A stretch of 62,273 bases of DNA, the filler included, from Circinaria calcarea (lineage: Eukaryota), in assembly GCA_051942165.1 (NCBI GenBank). It is 5 parts of 5 records of this genome, joined end to end, with 100 filler letters (N's around TTAATTAATTAA, not from the genome) between each part and the next. Parts side by side here need not be neighbours in the genome. Positions count along the whole stretch, not along the records: positions 1 to 12,405 come from JAVECS010000571.1; positions 12,506 to 24,882 come from JAVECS010000572.1; 3 more parts are not named here. One strand, given 5' to 3'. Shown here piece after piece: positions 1-14,213 of this stretch. The notes under the pieces are model-generated. The model did not search any database. It was not told the DNA's origin and saw only the letters and a list, made by a program, of their open reading frames with translations. Position numbers and translations under genes: made by a program. Within the stretch, counting starts at the first letter, position 1. Every line of letters starts with the position of its first letter.

Positions 1-18
1 CTTCATTTCTGACGTCTC

Positions 19-2193
19 TCACCTCCCTCCTTCTTCCCCTTCTTCTATCCTTCCCCCACCAACCCCCTCTTTCTCCCCTTCCAGCCAGATTTCATGCCCG
101 CTCCCCTCGTACAATAACCCGCTGACGACCCACCCGCCAGCCGCCACGCACGCCAGTCCCCACCACACGCCTCCCACCACGCCCTTGCTCAGTCCCAACC
201 CGTACAACCACCCGCCGAGCACCGGGCCCACCGTCCGACTCGCGCTGCTGACGCTCTGCCCGATACCGTGCATGGTTCCCAGCACGCTCGGATGGGGGGA
301 ACAGTTGTTGATCAGGATGATGCCTGCCGGCAACGCGAACGTGCGCGCAAGGACTTGGACGAAAAGCACGCCCGAGAGGGTCAGCCAGACGAGAGGGCCG
401 CTGGCCGGCGCGGGTGGAGCGGTGCTGCTGCGGACGACGGCCAGGTAGGGCGCGAGGCAGTAAGCGAGGGGGAAGCAGAGGATGCTCCAGCGATAGCTCC
501 GCAGCGTGCCAAGTTTGGCGTTGACACTCGGGTAGACAAGGAGTTGGAGGGTAATCCCTATGGCCCCCAAAACGGCCATGGCGAAACCAACGGTGCGGGG
601 TGGCATGCCGAGACCGCCTGTAAACCAGAAGGGGAGGTGCTGCGATGTGTGGGAAGGGGGAAGCGGATGAGAAGGGTCGAAGCGGGGCGTAGATAGAAAG
701 ATATACCAGAGGTTGATAAAGGTGCCGACGTGGAAGGAGAGGATGGCGTGGCTGAGCAAGGTGAAGAGGACGTTGCGAGTCCAAATGCGACGGAGGGGTA
801 GCTTTCTCTTCGGGCGGGGGAATATAGGTGTTAGTGGTGGTGCGGGTGAGATTTGTGGCGGGCGCTCTTCGAGGTCATAGCTCTCGACACCGGGACTTCG
901 AGATAACGGATCCATGTCGCTGCTTCCAAGGGTGGATTAGTCGTGGGATTTCCGACCGAGGAGACGCCTGCATAAGGTGGCGATAGAATGTCCTAGGCGT
1001 ATACCATAATCCGGCTTGTCTCGGATTGTGTCCAAGGTCTGTCGATTGCTTAGCAACCGTCTCAAGGGCGGCCATCTGTTGCCTGGCTTACCTCCTCGAG
1101 ACCTAAGATGATTCCGATAGCAGAGACAAAGAGAAAAAAGGCGCTAAGCAAGTTGGGCAGAGCATATGGCCAATGCTTCATCCAGCGAACTCCGTCTTTG
1201 CCGCCAAAGGTGGAATCTCCCCCAAAGGCTCTTGGGTAACTGCGTACCGGATCTGCGAGGAGGCCTCCCAAGATCGGTCCGATGATGACCCCGATATTGA
1301 AGCACATTGGTAGCATGAGGAAAGCCCATGACTGATATCTGTGCCGAGTCAGGGGCCTGAAAGGCTGGCGGGTTAGATCGGTCTCACTTTTTCTCTTTGA
1401 TAATCTCCGAAATCATAGTTCTCATAACACCAACATTCCCATTCAAGACCCCTCCGAGAGTACGGAAGATCACAGCCTGAGCGAATGACGTTGAGAAGCC
1501 AAAGCCTACGCAAGAGACAGCGGTCCCAAACAAACCTATCAGCAAGACCTTCTTCCTGCCCCCCCAATCCGCATCTGCCGCCCGTCCCCACAAGATGGCG
1601 GTAAGGAATTGGGCGGCCGTGAAGCTGCCCTGCAAGATGCCGGCTTGAGAGGCAATGGTAGAATCCGGCGAGGACTGATCAAACGACTTGAGCTGGTAGA
1701 ACATATACGCCTGCAGTGACGTTTGCGTCAGTGGCTCCGAGAGCCGTGCGAGGGTGAGGATGGCAAGTTGGCCTTTGTTAGGCAGGTCTCTCCATCTCAC
1801 TGGACGATCCACTGTCTGGAGCGGAGGATTCTCAGGGCGGGCTTCTCCATCCTCGACAGATGATAGACGACGTCCTCGACTCGACGGACGCGACCCCAGA
1901 CCGGATCTGTGGCGCCGTGGTTTCTCATTCTCGATAACCTCCTCCCGTTGGAGGTTTGAACCTTGAGCGGCCTTAGGATTCAAGGGAACCTTTAAGACAT
2001 GAGTATCACCTTGTGCAAAGGGCACACTGTCCGTGCTGCCGTTCAACAATGTTTCACCCCCTTGTCTCGAGACAATGTCGTCTTCTGGTCCCTGCATCAA
2101 ACGTGGGAACGTGGCGTTGCGGCTCCGGATAGATAAGGGTGCTGGAGATAACAAATGGCGGGGTTGTATTTTCTTCGGCGACGGTTTGGTCAT
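19..2193 (-). CDS. MFS transporter (DHA1/ZIFL-like, 12-TM); carries one in-frame TAA, possibly a pseudogene
   Basis: ORFs 1384-2193, 1062-1316 and 19-915 join via introns ~1339-1387 (GTGAGA..CAG) and ~1039-1091 (GTAAGC..GCTAAG..CAG). Motifs: LARLSEPLTQTSLQAYMFYQL, WGRAADADWGGRKKVL (motif A), GVLNGNVGVMRTMISE, LGTMHGIGQSVSSASRTVGP. In-frame TAA at 937-939. Confidence 0.88.
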
Positions 2194-2725
2194 ACAGTAG
2201 ATCTTCTGGGATAATCAACTGCTTTCAAAGGTCCGCGGACATTCAGGAGGCGATAGAAGTTGTACTGATGTGGTGATAAACCATTCGATTTCCGTTTGCA
2301 CCTTGCATCGATTGACATCAAAATCCAGAGACGGCCTTGGACGCTACGATCAATGGCAGTCGTATGTGACGGATTTGGCAGGCCCACAGGAAAAAGGAAT
2401 CGAAGATGCTTTGTCGCCACTGGAATACCTAAATGACTACTGTCGCGTGATCCCGCAGTCACAGATATAGTCATCCTACTAGTAGTTCAAAGGCGTTGGG
2501 GCAGCTTTGCGATGTTGACCTTTGCCATTTACTCCGTAGACTCTACTCCGTACCCACCTACCCGAGATCCGGGCGACACAAATTGCTAGGCTCCTGATTC
2601 TGCGCTACCATTAATCCAGAAGTCTCAACATCGTGCGACAGTAGTCATGCTGATGCCATCTCTCAGCGCGTAATCATTTCCCATCATCAGATCACCTCGA
2701 AAGCTGCCTTCCTTATAATCGGCTC

Positions 2726-3855
2726 TCACAAGGCCTTGATTGTTTGCCCACCTTCCCAGGTGTCTCCCCCTTCTAACTTCAGCCATTGATTGACGGTCCC
2801 CGCTTCCACGCAAACCATGTTCTTGTAGCCATCCTTGGGTTCAAAATCCGCCATGCCCTTCGCTTTCTCGCTCCACGGATTCCAAACCACTGCGTCTTGG
2901 AGGGTGTCCCTCACGACCTCGAAGCGCTTTTCTCCACCTTCGAGTATCGTTATGGTCGCGTCCTCGATCTGCTTGTAAACGCGATCCGTCTCCCCGCTGA
3001 ACGTGATGGACTCCTGCGCTGCCGCAACTTCATCTCCGTTTTTGACCTTGTCTATGTACCGTGTGTTTTCTAAGCCCGTGATGGTAATGTTTGAGATATC
3101 CTATCCAAGTGGGGTTAGCAAGCCTTTTGGTATGAATTCGATTTCTTCCATCATACGCACATCAATCTTCAGATACGTGTGAAAAAGCACTTTAAACTCC
3201 CAAGTCGTGCTGTCGACGTTCCGCGCAACTAGGGTTGTCTCTAGCTCCCCGGTACTCAGCGTAACGGAGTATGTAAGGCTGAACTTATGATTCCAAGCGG
3301 ACCGCACTTCATCCGGGAGCATGCCATCCGAGAGCCCGAAGTCGAGCTTCACCGAGGAGTCACCCCCGTTTGGGGATTCAGTTGACGACTCCGAAGAGGT
3401 TTTCCCAAGGTACTCCCAGCGAGTTGAACGGGCAAAGCCGTGCTGAGGAAGCTTGCTTGTGGCATGATCGGCTGTGGGAGGGCCGAAAAGCTAGAAGGGG
3501 GCAGGATAGTCAGTCGAAGATCCTGTCAGTGGATGACAATGGGAACAAGGCAAGAGCGAGCACAGCCTATGCTCGCCCAAGATATCGGACTGAGACTTAC
3601 CGGGAAAACGACCGGGATGCCTCCTCTTACTGGCTTCGACCCGTCCAGATGTGCTGCCTCGCTCACGAAAAGATTCTCTTTCCCATTCGCCGACTTCCAG
3701 GATACAACCGTGGCACCGTAGAGAAGGATCTCGACCCGTTCGCCCGAGGGCAATGTGGCAATGACACGAGAATTATCATCCGAGATGGAGACTTGCGGGG
3801 TGGGGGCCAGTGGGGAGACGGGTATGGCCGAAGGCTTCTTGCTACGTTCGACCAT
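2726..3855 (-). CDS. Glucose-6-phosphate 1-epimerase (aldose 1-epimerase family, YMR099C-like)
   Basis: Three exons (~3855-3601, 3490-3161, 3100-2726). Motifs YGATVVSWK, KPVRGGIPVVFP, LPQHGFAR, LFHTYL, VVWNPW, MVCVEAG. Confidence 0.92.
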
Positions 3856-4790
3856 GATTGTGTTTACTCTATTGAATCGGGTAGCTGGAATATGTTGAGT
3901 TTTGCGGTAGCTGAAGATGGAGGGAATTGCCGGAGGCGGGACGTGAGTGACGGGGAAGACCGAGCAAAGCAGAGGGAGCGGTCAGTGAAGTAGACATTTC
4001 GACCGTGAAGTACAGACCTCTTAAAATCAATGGCAGACGACTACACCCATGCAGGAGTTGTTTCATCTTCTCAAACTACTTTAGCGTGCACGGTTCATTT
4101 GGACGATTTCAGCCTGGCCGCCGGGGTATTTACCGTCGCCATCCCTGCGCGATGATGTTCCAACAAGCTAACAACTCCCGGCTATCCGACACGACCCCAG
4201 GCTATTTGCTGTAGGCTCTCGTACATGAACAACATCTTGCACGATTTGACGGAGTAGAAGGATTGAGCAGCATCATCGTACCAGTGGCCGTAACTAGGAA
4301 TCCATCTGGACAGTCTATCCTGGATCGCACACATATCCCTCTGTATACATGAGGCATCCGGAGCAGGTGCATAGACGGCCCTCGACTGGTGGATGCTCCA
4401 CGTAGGTAACATTCGCACATCCACAGACCGATGCGAGCAGCGATGCCAACACCTCCCCACGCGTCGAATGCCTTATCCTTGAATTGGAAACAAGTAATCC
4501 GTGATTTGAAACACCCCCTTCATCGGAGCAGATAACTCCCACGCCCGGATTTATTGTTGCCCCCTGTCATCTACGGACAGACCCTAAGCATTCTCCCTGA
4601 TATCACGGGAAAAGATACAGAGCATTCGGAGGGTTCCTATGATACACCCGTCCTCTCATTCAATTCAAACCAGACTCTGTCATATCGCTGAAACGCTATC
4701 GAGAACGAATGAGGTGGGAGCCCGGGCTGCCGAGCGAGACCACCAACCAACTCCTCTCTCCTCAAACCAGACACCAACTTTTGTTGTCCC

Positions 4791-7700
4791 TTATCGTACA
4801 CTGCGACTGTCCGCGTTGTGCAACTCCCTGCCCAAGTCCATCCAAGCTGATATGATGTCTCTCCCCTGCCCGGGTCCTAACACAACCTGCTGAGCATCTC
4901 TCATCAACAGCTTTAACCTTTCCAGCATGCCTCCGCCAGTCACCGCTTCCCCATGATCGTCCCCTTGGATTCCATCTGGATCAGCTGGAGTACCTGCAAC
5001 AGCACCTACATCGTTTGTGATGAGCCTGGAGGACGAACGTGCGTTCCGGAGCAATTCTCCTTTATTCGATGGAGTTAGTTCACTTGCTCTAGAGTCCCCA
5101 GTATATTCTGATGTGAGAATGTCATCATTCGGCTGTAAACTCGGACGCGGACCTTTTCGCCCACGCCGTTCAGCCCATTCAGCTCTCGATGTGCCATAAT
5201 CAGCGCTTGGCGAAGATTGCGTTGAACCGTGATCATTTGAAACACTGGGAGATCCGCTTCGGGTGTCCCGCGAGACTACGTGTGGAACAGCCTTTGTTTG
5301 TGTAGTCCTACCCACTTCAACGTCACGACTTGTCATGTCAGTGCTTGGATTAGTGCTAGTAGAAGTAGGTAACAGATGCCTTGTATCGTTAATAGGACTA
5401 GTGTCGAGATTGCTTGATCCTTTCCTTGAACTTGCCGGTCGTTCTCTCCTAGTGCTCGTTGAAGGCGATACAGCAGTGTGCACCGACGCCTCGATAAGAG
5501 TGCAGTCGTCGCTCTTACGCTTCTTAGATGGCCGCGAAGGCTTCTGGTTTGAGGAAGCAGCTGATGTTGTAGGTGCAGTATCACTTAAAGATCTCTTCCT
5601 TGCCCTTAATGAACTCCCTGGTGGTGTGTTTGACATGAGGTTTGGTGTTGTTAGCTTTCGCTTGCTTGCATCATCAAGACCGTTTTGTCCCTCTAAGTTA
5701 AGCCGGGGAGCAACAATGATACAATCGTAGATTTCTTCGTCAATCACAGGAGCTGCTCGGCGCTCAACCACGACCTGAATCTTCTTGGGAGGGCTACGTA
5801 ATCTTGATTTCTTTGTACTGCTGCTTGGAGCTCCAGATGACCTTTTTCTCTTCTTGGGCCCAGTTTCATTGGTGTTTGGGCTTACTGAGCTTTCTCTTGA
5901 TACTTGTTTGATTTGTGATAAGGCTCGCTCCATGTCAACAGCAATCTGCGCTGAGATCTGTTCCTCCTGATCTGAAGAGTCATCTCCATGGTTGCTCTTA
6001 GATGACACCACCACTACTGTCTCATCATGGACGCCTTCGTTAGCTTGACAATCAAGATGCAAATACTCTGGCCGGCCTGGCTCAGACTTTGGGCAATTGA
6101 TTGACGGTGGGGTAAAAGTGGTAGCGATGTTTTCATCCGTGTCCTCTTTCGAAACTTGTAAGCCTGCATCCGTAGTACTGGGGCTTTGGTGGGTGGTGTC
6201 TTGACGAGCTAGGCTAGGACTCCTGGGACTTGTGGGAGCATCCACGAAAATGTCTGCGTCCGACGCGAAATGTTTTTCAACCGCACCATATTCTTTCTCC
6301 TCAACCAGCTGTGAAGCTGACTCTACATCAACTGACTCTGCAGTGTTGTCTAATAAATTTTGAGTGGGGAATGGTGGTTCATCCTCTTCTGGCTTATTAG
6401 CAGCTGCCGATCCGTCCATTTCCTGCGCTACTTCCTTTGAAGATGTAGTCGACATATCCTGATTGCCGACCGTATCGCGAGCGTGTAACACGAAGCTTGC
6501 CGGCCGACCAGATATCCCGTTTGATTGCCGTAGGTTTGTGCCAAGATCAGAAGTTGGAGGTGATGAAGATGGTCCATCCAGTTGAAGCTTGGAAAATCTT
6601 CTGGATTTGGGGGTCGGCGAGGAACCAAGAAAAGTATCAATCATTACCTCCGGGGGTGGTAAAACTGGAGAGCTCATCTCATCCATTACAACTTCATTGC
6701 ACGCATCCCGATCGTGCCTTTGGTATAGCTTTGGAAGTTCATGTTCTGCATCATGAGACTTCGGCCTTGGGCTTGACCGCAAATCAGGGAACATTACAGC
6801 AGCTTCAAGTTGCTGCCGTTCCTTGACTTCTCGTTGACGGTCTGTGAGGAATTGCGATTCTAGTGCCTCAAGATCGTAAGGAGACGATTCAATGGCAGCG
6901 AACACGATCTGAGAATTATCATGGCGAAAAGGGGGGGTCAATACCGTCGCTCTTGGCTCCTTCTGGTGCGTGAGTGACCCTGGTGTACTATCTGGCCGTA
7001 GGATGGGCAAGTCTCGAGCGGTTTGGATTTGTGAGATCGAAGGCACTGTTCCCAGCGTCCTAGACCCTTGAAACTGCATGGAATCAGGTACAAGCCGTTG
7101 CGAGCACAAACTTTCCATTTCAGCTTGCGTTTCGATAAATTCCAAAGGGCTAGAATCAACCTAGACACAAGTAAGTATGCGTAAACATGACTCCTTTAGC
7201 ATAGACCACCAACCTCAGTCTCATCTCCCATCTGTAGGTCCGGTATTTCGATGTCTGTAATCCTTCTCAGGCGCAGGAGTATCTCACGTAAGCCTACCGA
7301 AAACTCGATATCTTGCACAAGTCCGAACGTGCGGTTCCATAACAGTATCGATTCATTCACTATCGATTTGTGTCTACTAGAAAGTCCAGCTCTAATCAGG
7401 ACCTCCATGGCGGATAGTTGAGAAGTGTCTAAGCGTGGTAGGCCTTCTATGATCTTGGTAATACTGCTCCATAGGACCTGAATCTGTGAGACCACGTGAG
7501 TACTACTGACTACCATGCTAGATCAATAACATACCGTTTCAAAAACCTGCCTAGAACCACTTGCACCACCATACAACAGCCCACTAGCATCTGTAATCCA
7601 GACCGCAAGCCCCTCTTGTAGGCGGTGTAGCAGAACTCCAGAAAGGGAGGAAGGGCATGATGAAATAGTGGTCGTTAATCCACGAAGCATCTCATTGATA

Positions 7701-10525
7701 TGATCTGGGTCTGCGGTAGGTAAATGGTGATATGTTAGGGGGAGAAGCGAGTTGCTGAATGTGTAGAGGTGTTCGTAAGGATTGGCTGACAGCGATTTCG
7801 ATTTGATTGACGAAGGAGCCAAGACCCTAGCTGCATTTTCCGTTTCTCTGCGTGATTTTGGCCAAGCTACATTCTTGAAAACTGCCTCACCGCATTGAAG
7901 GAGAACATCATTGTATCCTAGAGCAAGCTGTTTGCAAGCACCTCTGGCAAAGGGTTCTATGACAGCGAGAACTGATCCTCCAACTCCTATTTCCTGATGT
8001 ATATTCATGACAATGATTTCCAGCGTTTTTTGCCATGAATGACTAGGATAAAAGCCTTGTTGCACACCCACATCTAAGATCTCTAGGACTTGCTTATAAT
8101 CATGTGCAACCGTTTGAGGATTCCCCTCGTTGTAGGCTGAATAGGGCAAAGACAGTTCAAGAGCTTCGACTATCAACTGCCACAGGATCAGTTGAGCTTT
8201 TGGTGTAGGGCGGGACTCTGTTCTCGTGAGGGGTAACATATCCCGCAAGACCTCGAGCTTTGATCCCCTTGAGGTTGATACCTGGAGGGAGGTCCGGATG
8301 AGGTCACCGATAGCAATCCTGTAGGTTTCGACTGTTGAATCTTCGTAAGTGTAGGTGGACAGCATATCGAGAAGATGGATGATCGGTGATGCAAGGGTTC
8401 CGTACTGGCGACACACTCGACTTGACGGCGTCTCTGCTACTTCAAAGCTGTCGTGAGAGCCTTTTATCAGACGTTTCTCTATAAATGCTATAGGGCCCAG
8501 ACCAGCCACTGCCCCGTCAACGAGGGCCATTAGCCTTTTCAAAACCATGCACTGATCGAATCCACCGCTTGTTATATTGTCTTTACTGTTCTGTAACCAG
8601 AATCGTTTCAATAAGTTCATAATTTGTGCAATAGCTCCCATGCACTCCGTTGAGGTCTTGACTTCCTTACTTCCCGCATCCCCGATTGCCTTAGTGAAGC
8701 TTCGCCATGCTTGCAAAATCCAAATGTCACCATCCTTTACTGCGTTCCAGTCGCCGGACATGAACATATTTTCGAAGAGCTTCCCAACAGTGAAAGCTCG
8801 AATTCGGGTCCACTTCGGGTCGAGACGCGGAAGCTCTTCTGGCTTGACGGGACCATCCTGATCAGCTCTGTCCTCCGCCCAGGGATTCTGTTGAGCGTTT
8901 CCGAGCAAGGACATCACGACTTGGCATGCAAACGCTGTATCAATTTTGCTAGCAGAAATGTTTCCGGGAAGAACCGTGTCGACATACTCTTGCCAGAACT
9001 TGTCGGTTTGAGCATGAGACGATCCAGGCCTAAAAGCATAATAGAGCAAAGTACAGTAGCTCGAGTAGGCGATTTGTTTTGCTTGTTTTGAATGCTTGTC
9101 GGACATCTTACGGTCAAGCTGAGGTATGATAGGTTGCCGAAGCATCTTAATCATTGTTTGCCCTGTAGCATCGTTTGGACTGACGGCAAAGATGAGACGG
9201 TTCCAGGCCATAGTGGCGTTCAACTTGACTTGACTGTCACTCGAGTTGAAACACTTCTGAATGATGGCAAGCCAGGCTCTCATGTGTTCCCAGTGCTCTA
9301 ATTGACGTCGTCCACTCCGAAGGAAGACAACAACAACGCTCCAGATCTTGGGAACTTGCAAGCATTCATCCTTAGAGCCGAGCATTCCAGTCAGGCGACT
9401 AATTAGTAAGTCTGCGAACTTCTTTCCTTCTGAGGAGCGCCGGTTGAAGATATCAAGGACCGCACGAGAGACTTGGCTTACTGTGCCCAGGGAAGAGGCT
9501 GCCTCTGTACCGAAGATAAGAGCGCGGCAACGCACTTCTCCTATGGTACTTAGCATGCCAGAAAAGAGATGGTCGACCCAACCGTTGACATGCGTTACCA
9601 TGAGAGAGTTGGCCTGAGATAGTAGCCTCTTGTATATAACTAGCCTCTGACCGACCACACCATTACCCTTTACGCGGGTTGTTAGGTCTTTCAAGGCATT
9701 CAAGAGTCTACCTGCACGATCAGAGGTCATAACCTTGGACGAGAAATTTTGAGTTGCCAGGACATTCATGTAGTGATTGACAAGGGTCTTCGAGAGATTG
9801 TGGTCAAGCATACTGATCGACTTCTCCACAACGAAGGAACGGAAGTCGTCCTGAAGCAGACTGGCTAAGTCTGGCGTCCACAGGATGATGGTTAACAACT
9901 TGATAGCTTGGGTTAGAAGCTGTGTGTCCAGAACAGCTGCATCGGTGACATCCACGGAGAGCTCGCGGCGAATGTAATCGGTGAGAAGTGGCATTTTCTC
10001 ACCCATTGCAAGGAGATCGGGCACATCTTTATAGGCCTTGAGACAATTGTTGAGGGCCATGTAGCCATCCAAACGCATACCTCTGGAATGGGAGGCGAGC
10101 TGCCGACAGAGATCATCGAGCATGTTGGGAAAGCTCTTGCGCTGTGATGGTGGTCCCCGATTCTCGGTCCGGACCGTACTCTCGTAAGGTTTCAGGATTG
10201 ACCTAGATGATTTACAATCTCTCGACCTGGGTATAGACCGTATTTGATGAGCGGAATGCCAGGCTCCGCTTTGATGGATGTTTGCAGGCTTGTAATCAAT
10301 CCATGGCGAGAAACCAACACGTTTAAGCCGTTTGCTAGGCGACTGATTGAAGTAGTCGGCCGAGGAGGATGGCGATTCTTCGGGTGTGTTGAGGGCTTGC
10401 CGCGTAAATTGCGAGATGTAATTGGGGGTGTCGAGCGGTCTGGCAACCCTATCGGAGTCGCTATCCCTCGGAGGAGTTGGGGGTCTTGTGGGCAAGGTAG
10501 CTAAACCATGGATGATGTCGACCAT
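4791..10525 (-). CDS. RIF1: Telomere length regulator / replication-timing factor Rif1
   Basis: N-terminal PP1-docking motifs KRVGF and SILK, HEAT-like Rif1_N region (WLAIIQKCFNSSDSQVK..AWNRL, LPRLDPKWTR), long low-complexity C-terminus. Introns ~7479-7533 and ~7163-7212. ATG at 10525. Confidence 0.88.
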
Positions 10526-11180
10526 GGCTGGGGAGCAAGGAGGTATTGCTGTGTTCGTGAGCAATCACACATTATCAGATCAGCAGTTGTCTGGGACAAT
10601 GGGGGAAAGAAAGACGTTGGAGAGCGTTGAAGCTGCAGGTCCATGTCGACCCCAGAGGTAAAATTATAGACCCCGGAGGTTTTTTTTCTGCACGATCAAC
10701 GCAAAAAGACGCGCCTGAACGTGTTATCTAGCCCCTGTCCTGTTAAAGTGGCCGCCCGACGGCAAATGCAAAACCAAAACCCGAGCTCCATCGCTTTCGC
10801 GACCAAGTGGCCCATAATCTACATTGCTGTTGGTTGACACTCGATTGAACAGGTCTTGTCTTCAGACAAGTAATGACTGCGTCAAGGCGACAGAGGGAAG
10901 TCTATAAAGACTCCAACGTAGCCAGGAGGATAGAGGAATGTTCAAGTCACACAAACACTACGGAGTACTGGTAATTAAAGTGTTTCCGGACCGCCGCCCT
11001 CTAGCTGTTTTCCGAGTGGCTCGTTAGCCATGATAAGCAACAGTGGGCAAAGAATCAGGTCTGCAATGCTACGGAACCTGCTGCGAATGGACATGTCGAA
11101 CCTTACGACTGTCTCTGGCATCCTGAACCTTCTACATCCACCAAGGGTCTCCCGGCGCAATATTGTCTACCTCTGCGAAA

Positions 11181-12405
11181 ATGTCGCCTGGTCAAGAGCT
11201 CACTGGGTCAGGTTAGTGTTCTCGGCCAGCTCGTTCGCTCTACAACGATCAATACCGCTAACAGATGTACCCTATCAGCGAGATTGGATGAAGTTACGAG
11301 GCTGATGCGACTACTGCAGTTGGATCTGAAGGAGACGAACCTCTTGCCTCCTCGTAAGTGGATGTACGCAAAGTGCAACCGAGTATTCACTCAATGCCCA
11401 GTCTACAGATCGGAATGATATGCTGGACGAGCTCAAGCAGTACACGCGCAGTGTAGAAGATGCGGATCCACTCTACACCAAAGAGGTGAGACAGCTTGCT
11501 GCTTACCGTCTGGCGCATGGAGCCTGATTGAGCTTTAGGGCATAAAAACCTTGTGCGGCCATAGCTTTGATGGCAACTCCTTCATAACCGCACGAAGGGG
11601 CTTGAGGTGCCTAGCGAATGTAATGCTGCTCGATGCCAGTACGAGGCAGATGTTCGTCGACCTAGGGTATGCTCCCAAAGCTGCCGAACGCTTGAAGGTA
11701 GCAATGTCGTCTCTATGCAAATCTACTCTCCGTTAATGATATCCAGAACGATAATCGAGAGGATGAGCTTTTAGCATCACGCCTACTTTTCTTGACCACC
11801 TATGGTACCAATCTAGACTTCACTGACCTCTTCGACCACCATCAACTGGCTGAGACCATAAACACGGTTTGTCATTCTCTCGTGTATTTATAACTCCTCG
11901 TCGCTGAGATCATCCAGAATCTTGCCCGCCATTCCAAGCAATTCTCCAAATCTACCGCGAAGAACCCGATCAATCCGAATAACACCTTGGCACTTTCTGA
12001 GACGCTAAAATTGCTCTTCAACCTTACTCAATTCTACCCGAACCAAGCTCCGACTTTTACCAAATCTATGCTACATATCCTTAAAATTCTTGGAACGATC
12101 GATATCCCATCTCCGCCTCTCCAACCGCCTGTGACGTATCTGCTTAATTCCCTCGTAAATCTAGACCTCGAAGACACCAAAGCGAAACATTTTATACAGA
12201 ACCCGCTTTTCCCGAAGTTCGACGCCAAAGTCAATGCCAACCGGCTTATAAACATACTCGATAGCTCTGTTCGCCATTATAACGAGGAGCAGCTTGAGCA
12301 GCTCGCAAATCCATTGCTTTCTTTACTCCGGAAAATCTACGACTTTGCTCCAGAGAATATTAAAACCCACATGCGCGGCCTTTTACTCCCATCTGACGAC
12401 GAGCG
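11181..12405 (+). CDS. RIC8: Ric8/synembryn G-alpha guanine nucleotide exchange factor, 3' truncated by contig end
   Basis: Spliced reading MSPGQELTGS/ARLDEVTRL..LDLKE, DADPLYTKE/GIKTLC, LRCLANVMLL, EDELLASRLLFLTTY, ALSETLKLLFNLT, LLLPSDDE, with several short GT-AG introns. Divergent from RIF1. Confidence 0.88.
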
Positions 12406-12505
12406 NNNNNNNNNNNNNNNNNNNNNNNNNNNNNNNNNNNNNNNNNNNNTTAATTAATTAANNNNNNNNNNNNNNNNNNNNNNNNNNNNNNNNNNNNNNN
12501 NNNNN
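12406..12505. other. Artificial contig-joining spacer
   Basis: 44 N + TTAATTAATTAA (stops in all six frames) + 44 N; genes on both sides are cut. Confidence 0.98.
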
Positions 12506-14213
12506 GCCGGATATCCACACAAATGCAATTCAATGAGCTGCAACAGGCGCATCAGCTGCTGGGTGAGTTGCCACTGATACATTGACACAGCGTCCTCCAG
12601 GGACTATTGCTAGATGTTGGAAACGATTACTTACATTGTTATAAACTGCCGTTATTATTACGGTTCCAACCATCATAGACCAATTGGCAAAAGGAATATA
12701 AATCTGTCCAAAAAATATCTTCGATGTATGTACAAATTTGATTTGCGGGAAGTACGAGAGCTTCATGATTTGTGCAAGCAGCTGTAGATATTAGCACTAA
12801 AGCAGAAGCTACTTGCTATAGTGAAATCATACCTGGAAGGTGGCAGTGATTATAGCTTGTGAAGCGACAATAGCTGCCAGGATGGCAACAACGAGACTCG
12901 GGTACAGCATTCCAGGAGGAACACTGTTGAAGAAGGGGTTCGAGTGAGCTGATGGGTTGACACTGATATACGCAGCTTGGCCAATGTACGCCAACAAGAG
13001 GCATGGAAAGCAGAAACATATCCAACTGATTTGGATAGCTCTTCTGCTGAAAGCTCCCAAGTCCGCAAACATCGCTTCCACGCCTATAGATTCGTTAGTA
13101 AACCGACAATTAAGGGTTTCTGCTGGGTAAATTACCAGTGAAAGCTAGCAAGATCCCCCCGAGCGATTTCCAACCGTCAGTCCTGTTTCGAACTAGATAC
13201 GCTCCGGCGAAATAAGGGGAGAATGCCTTCAGCACGGAATGATCAAAGAGGGCTAGATTGTAAATGCCGAACACTGCATTGAAGAGTAGCCAGACAATGA
13301 CGATTGGCGCAAAGGTACTGGCGATCTTTGAAGTACCTAGAGGCTGGATCAAGAAGAGGAGAATCAAAATAGTACACGACACGCCTATAATAGTGCTGGT
13401 GGAGATGCCTGGGCTAACGACACGAAGTCCTTGGATAGCGCCAAGAACGGACTGAGCCGGGGTCAAGACTCCGTCGGACATTATCAGAGACACCCCCAGA
13501 ACACTGACGACCTTTAGGACGGCCTTTGCGATCATGCTCTGCTCAATACCAGTGCGTAACGTCCGGGACGATGTTTTTAATTCCCCGGTGTGATATCTTT
13601 CCATCTTCACCATCGACTCTTCCTTTGGATCGCGCTTGATGATATGGGCCTGATGATGGTTAGAGCCAAAAGCTACGAGAGAGTGATGTGGGATCTCATT
13701 CACGTACATATCTTGAGAGAAGAGAATAGATTGCGAACGTCCCTCCTTCACCCTCGTCATCAGCGCGTAAGATGATAAAGGCATATTTAATAGATACAAT
13801 CAGCGTGAGGGTCCAAATTATGAGGGATAACGCTCCTAATAGGTCATCGTAGCTAGGATCGGACGAGAATGTGGAAGAGTAAACATAGAGAGGACTGGTT
13901 CCGATATCTCCATATATGACTCCGATCGACTGGTATGTCAGCCTAGTGGTGTTAGATTTCCATTCTACGTTGAGATGAATCGACGCACGCACCAGAACAG
14001 GACCCAGCCGCGAAAGACCTGCGCCTTTCGAACGTCTCCCTCCTGATGTAAGCTTGACTTGAGACCTTCAATGTCTTCGACCTCGGCTTCCCTCGCGCTA
14101 CTCTTCTCTGCAACGTTTGACGCTCTCGAGTTGCTCCGGATGGAGTACACCCCACCCAAACCTCCGTTCGGTCTCACCGGGCGTATTTCCGAGTCAAACT
14201 GAATGGTAGACAT
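12506..14213 (-). CDS. HAK1: KUP/HAK/KT high-affinity potassium transporter, 3' truncated by contig end
   Basis: [93 protein letters not shown]. Multiple introns; ATG at 14213. Confidence 0.95.

Noticed and set aside
92..784. 230-aa alternative-frame ORF and antisense ORFs over the MFS gene
   Set aside because: Shadow ORFs of GC-rich coding sequence with no recognisable domain.
10700..10900. MCB-like ACGCG/CGCGA motifs in the RIF1-RIC8 promoter
   Set aside because: Plausible for a G1/S gene but too short to distinguish from chance.
12450..12461. TTAATTAATTAA recurring every ~12.4 kb as a biological repeat or piggyBac-type target
   Set aside because: Always embedded in N44 runs; an assembly linker.
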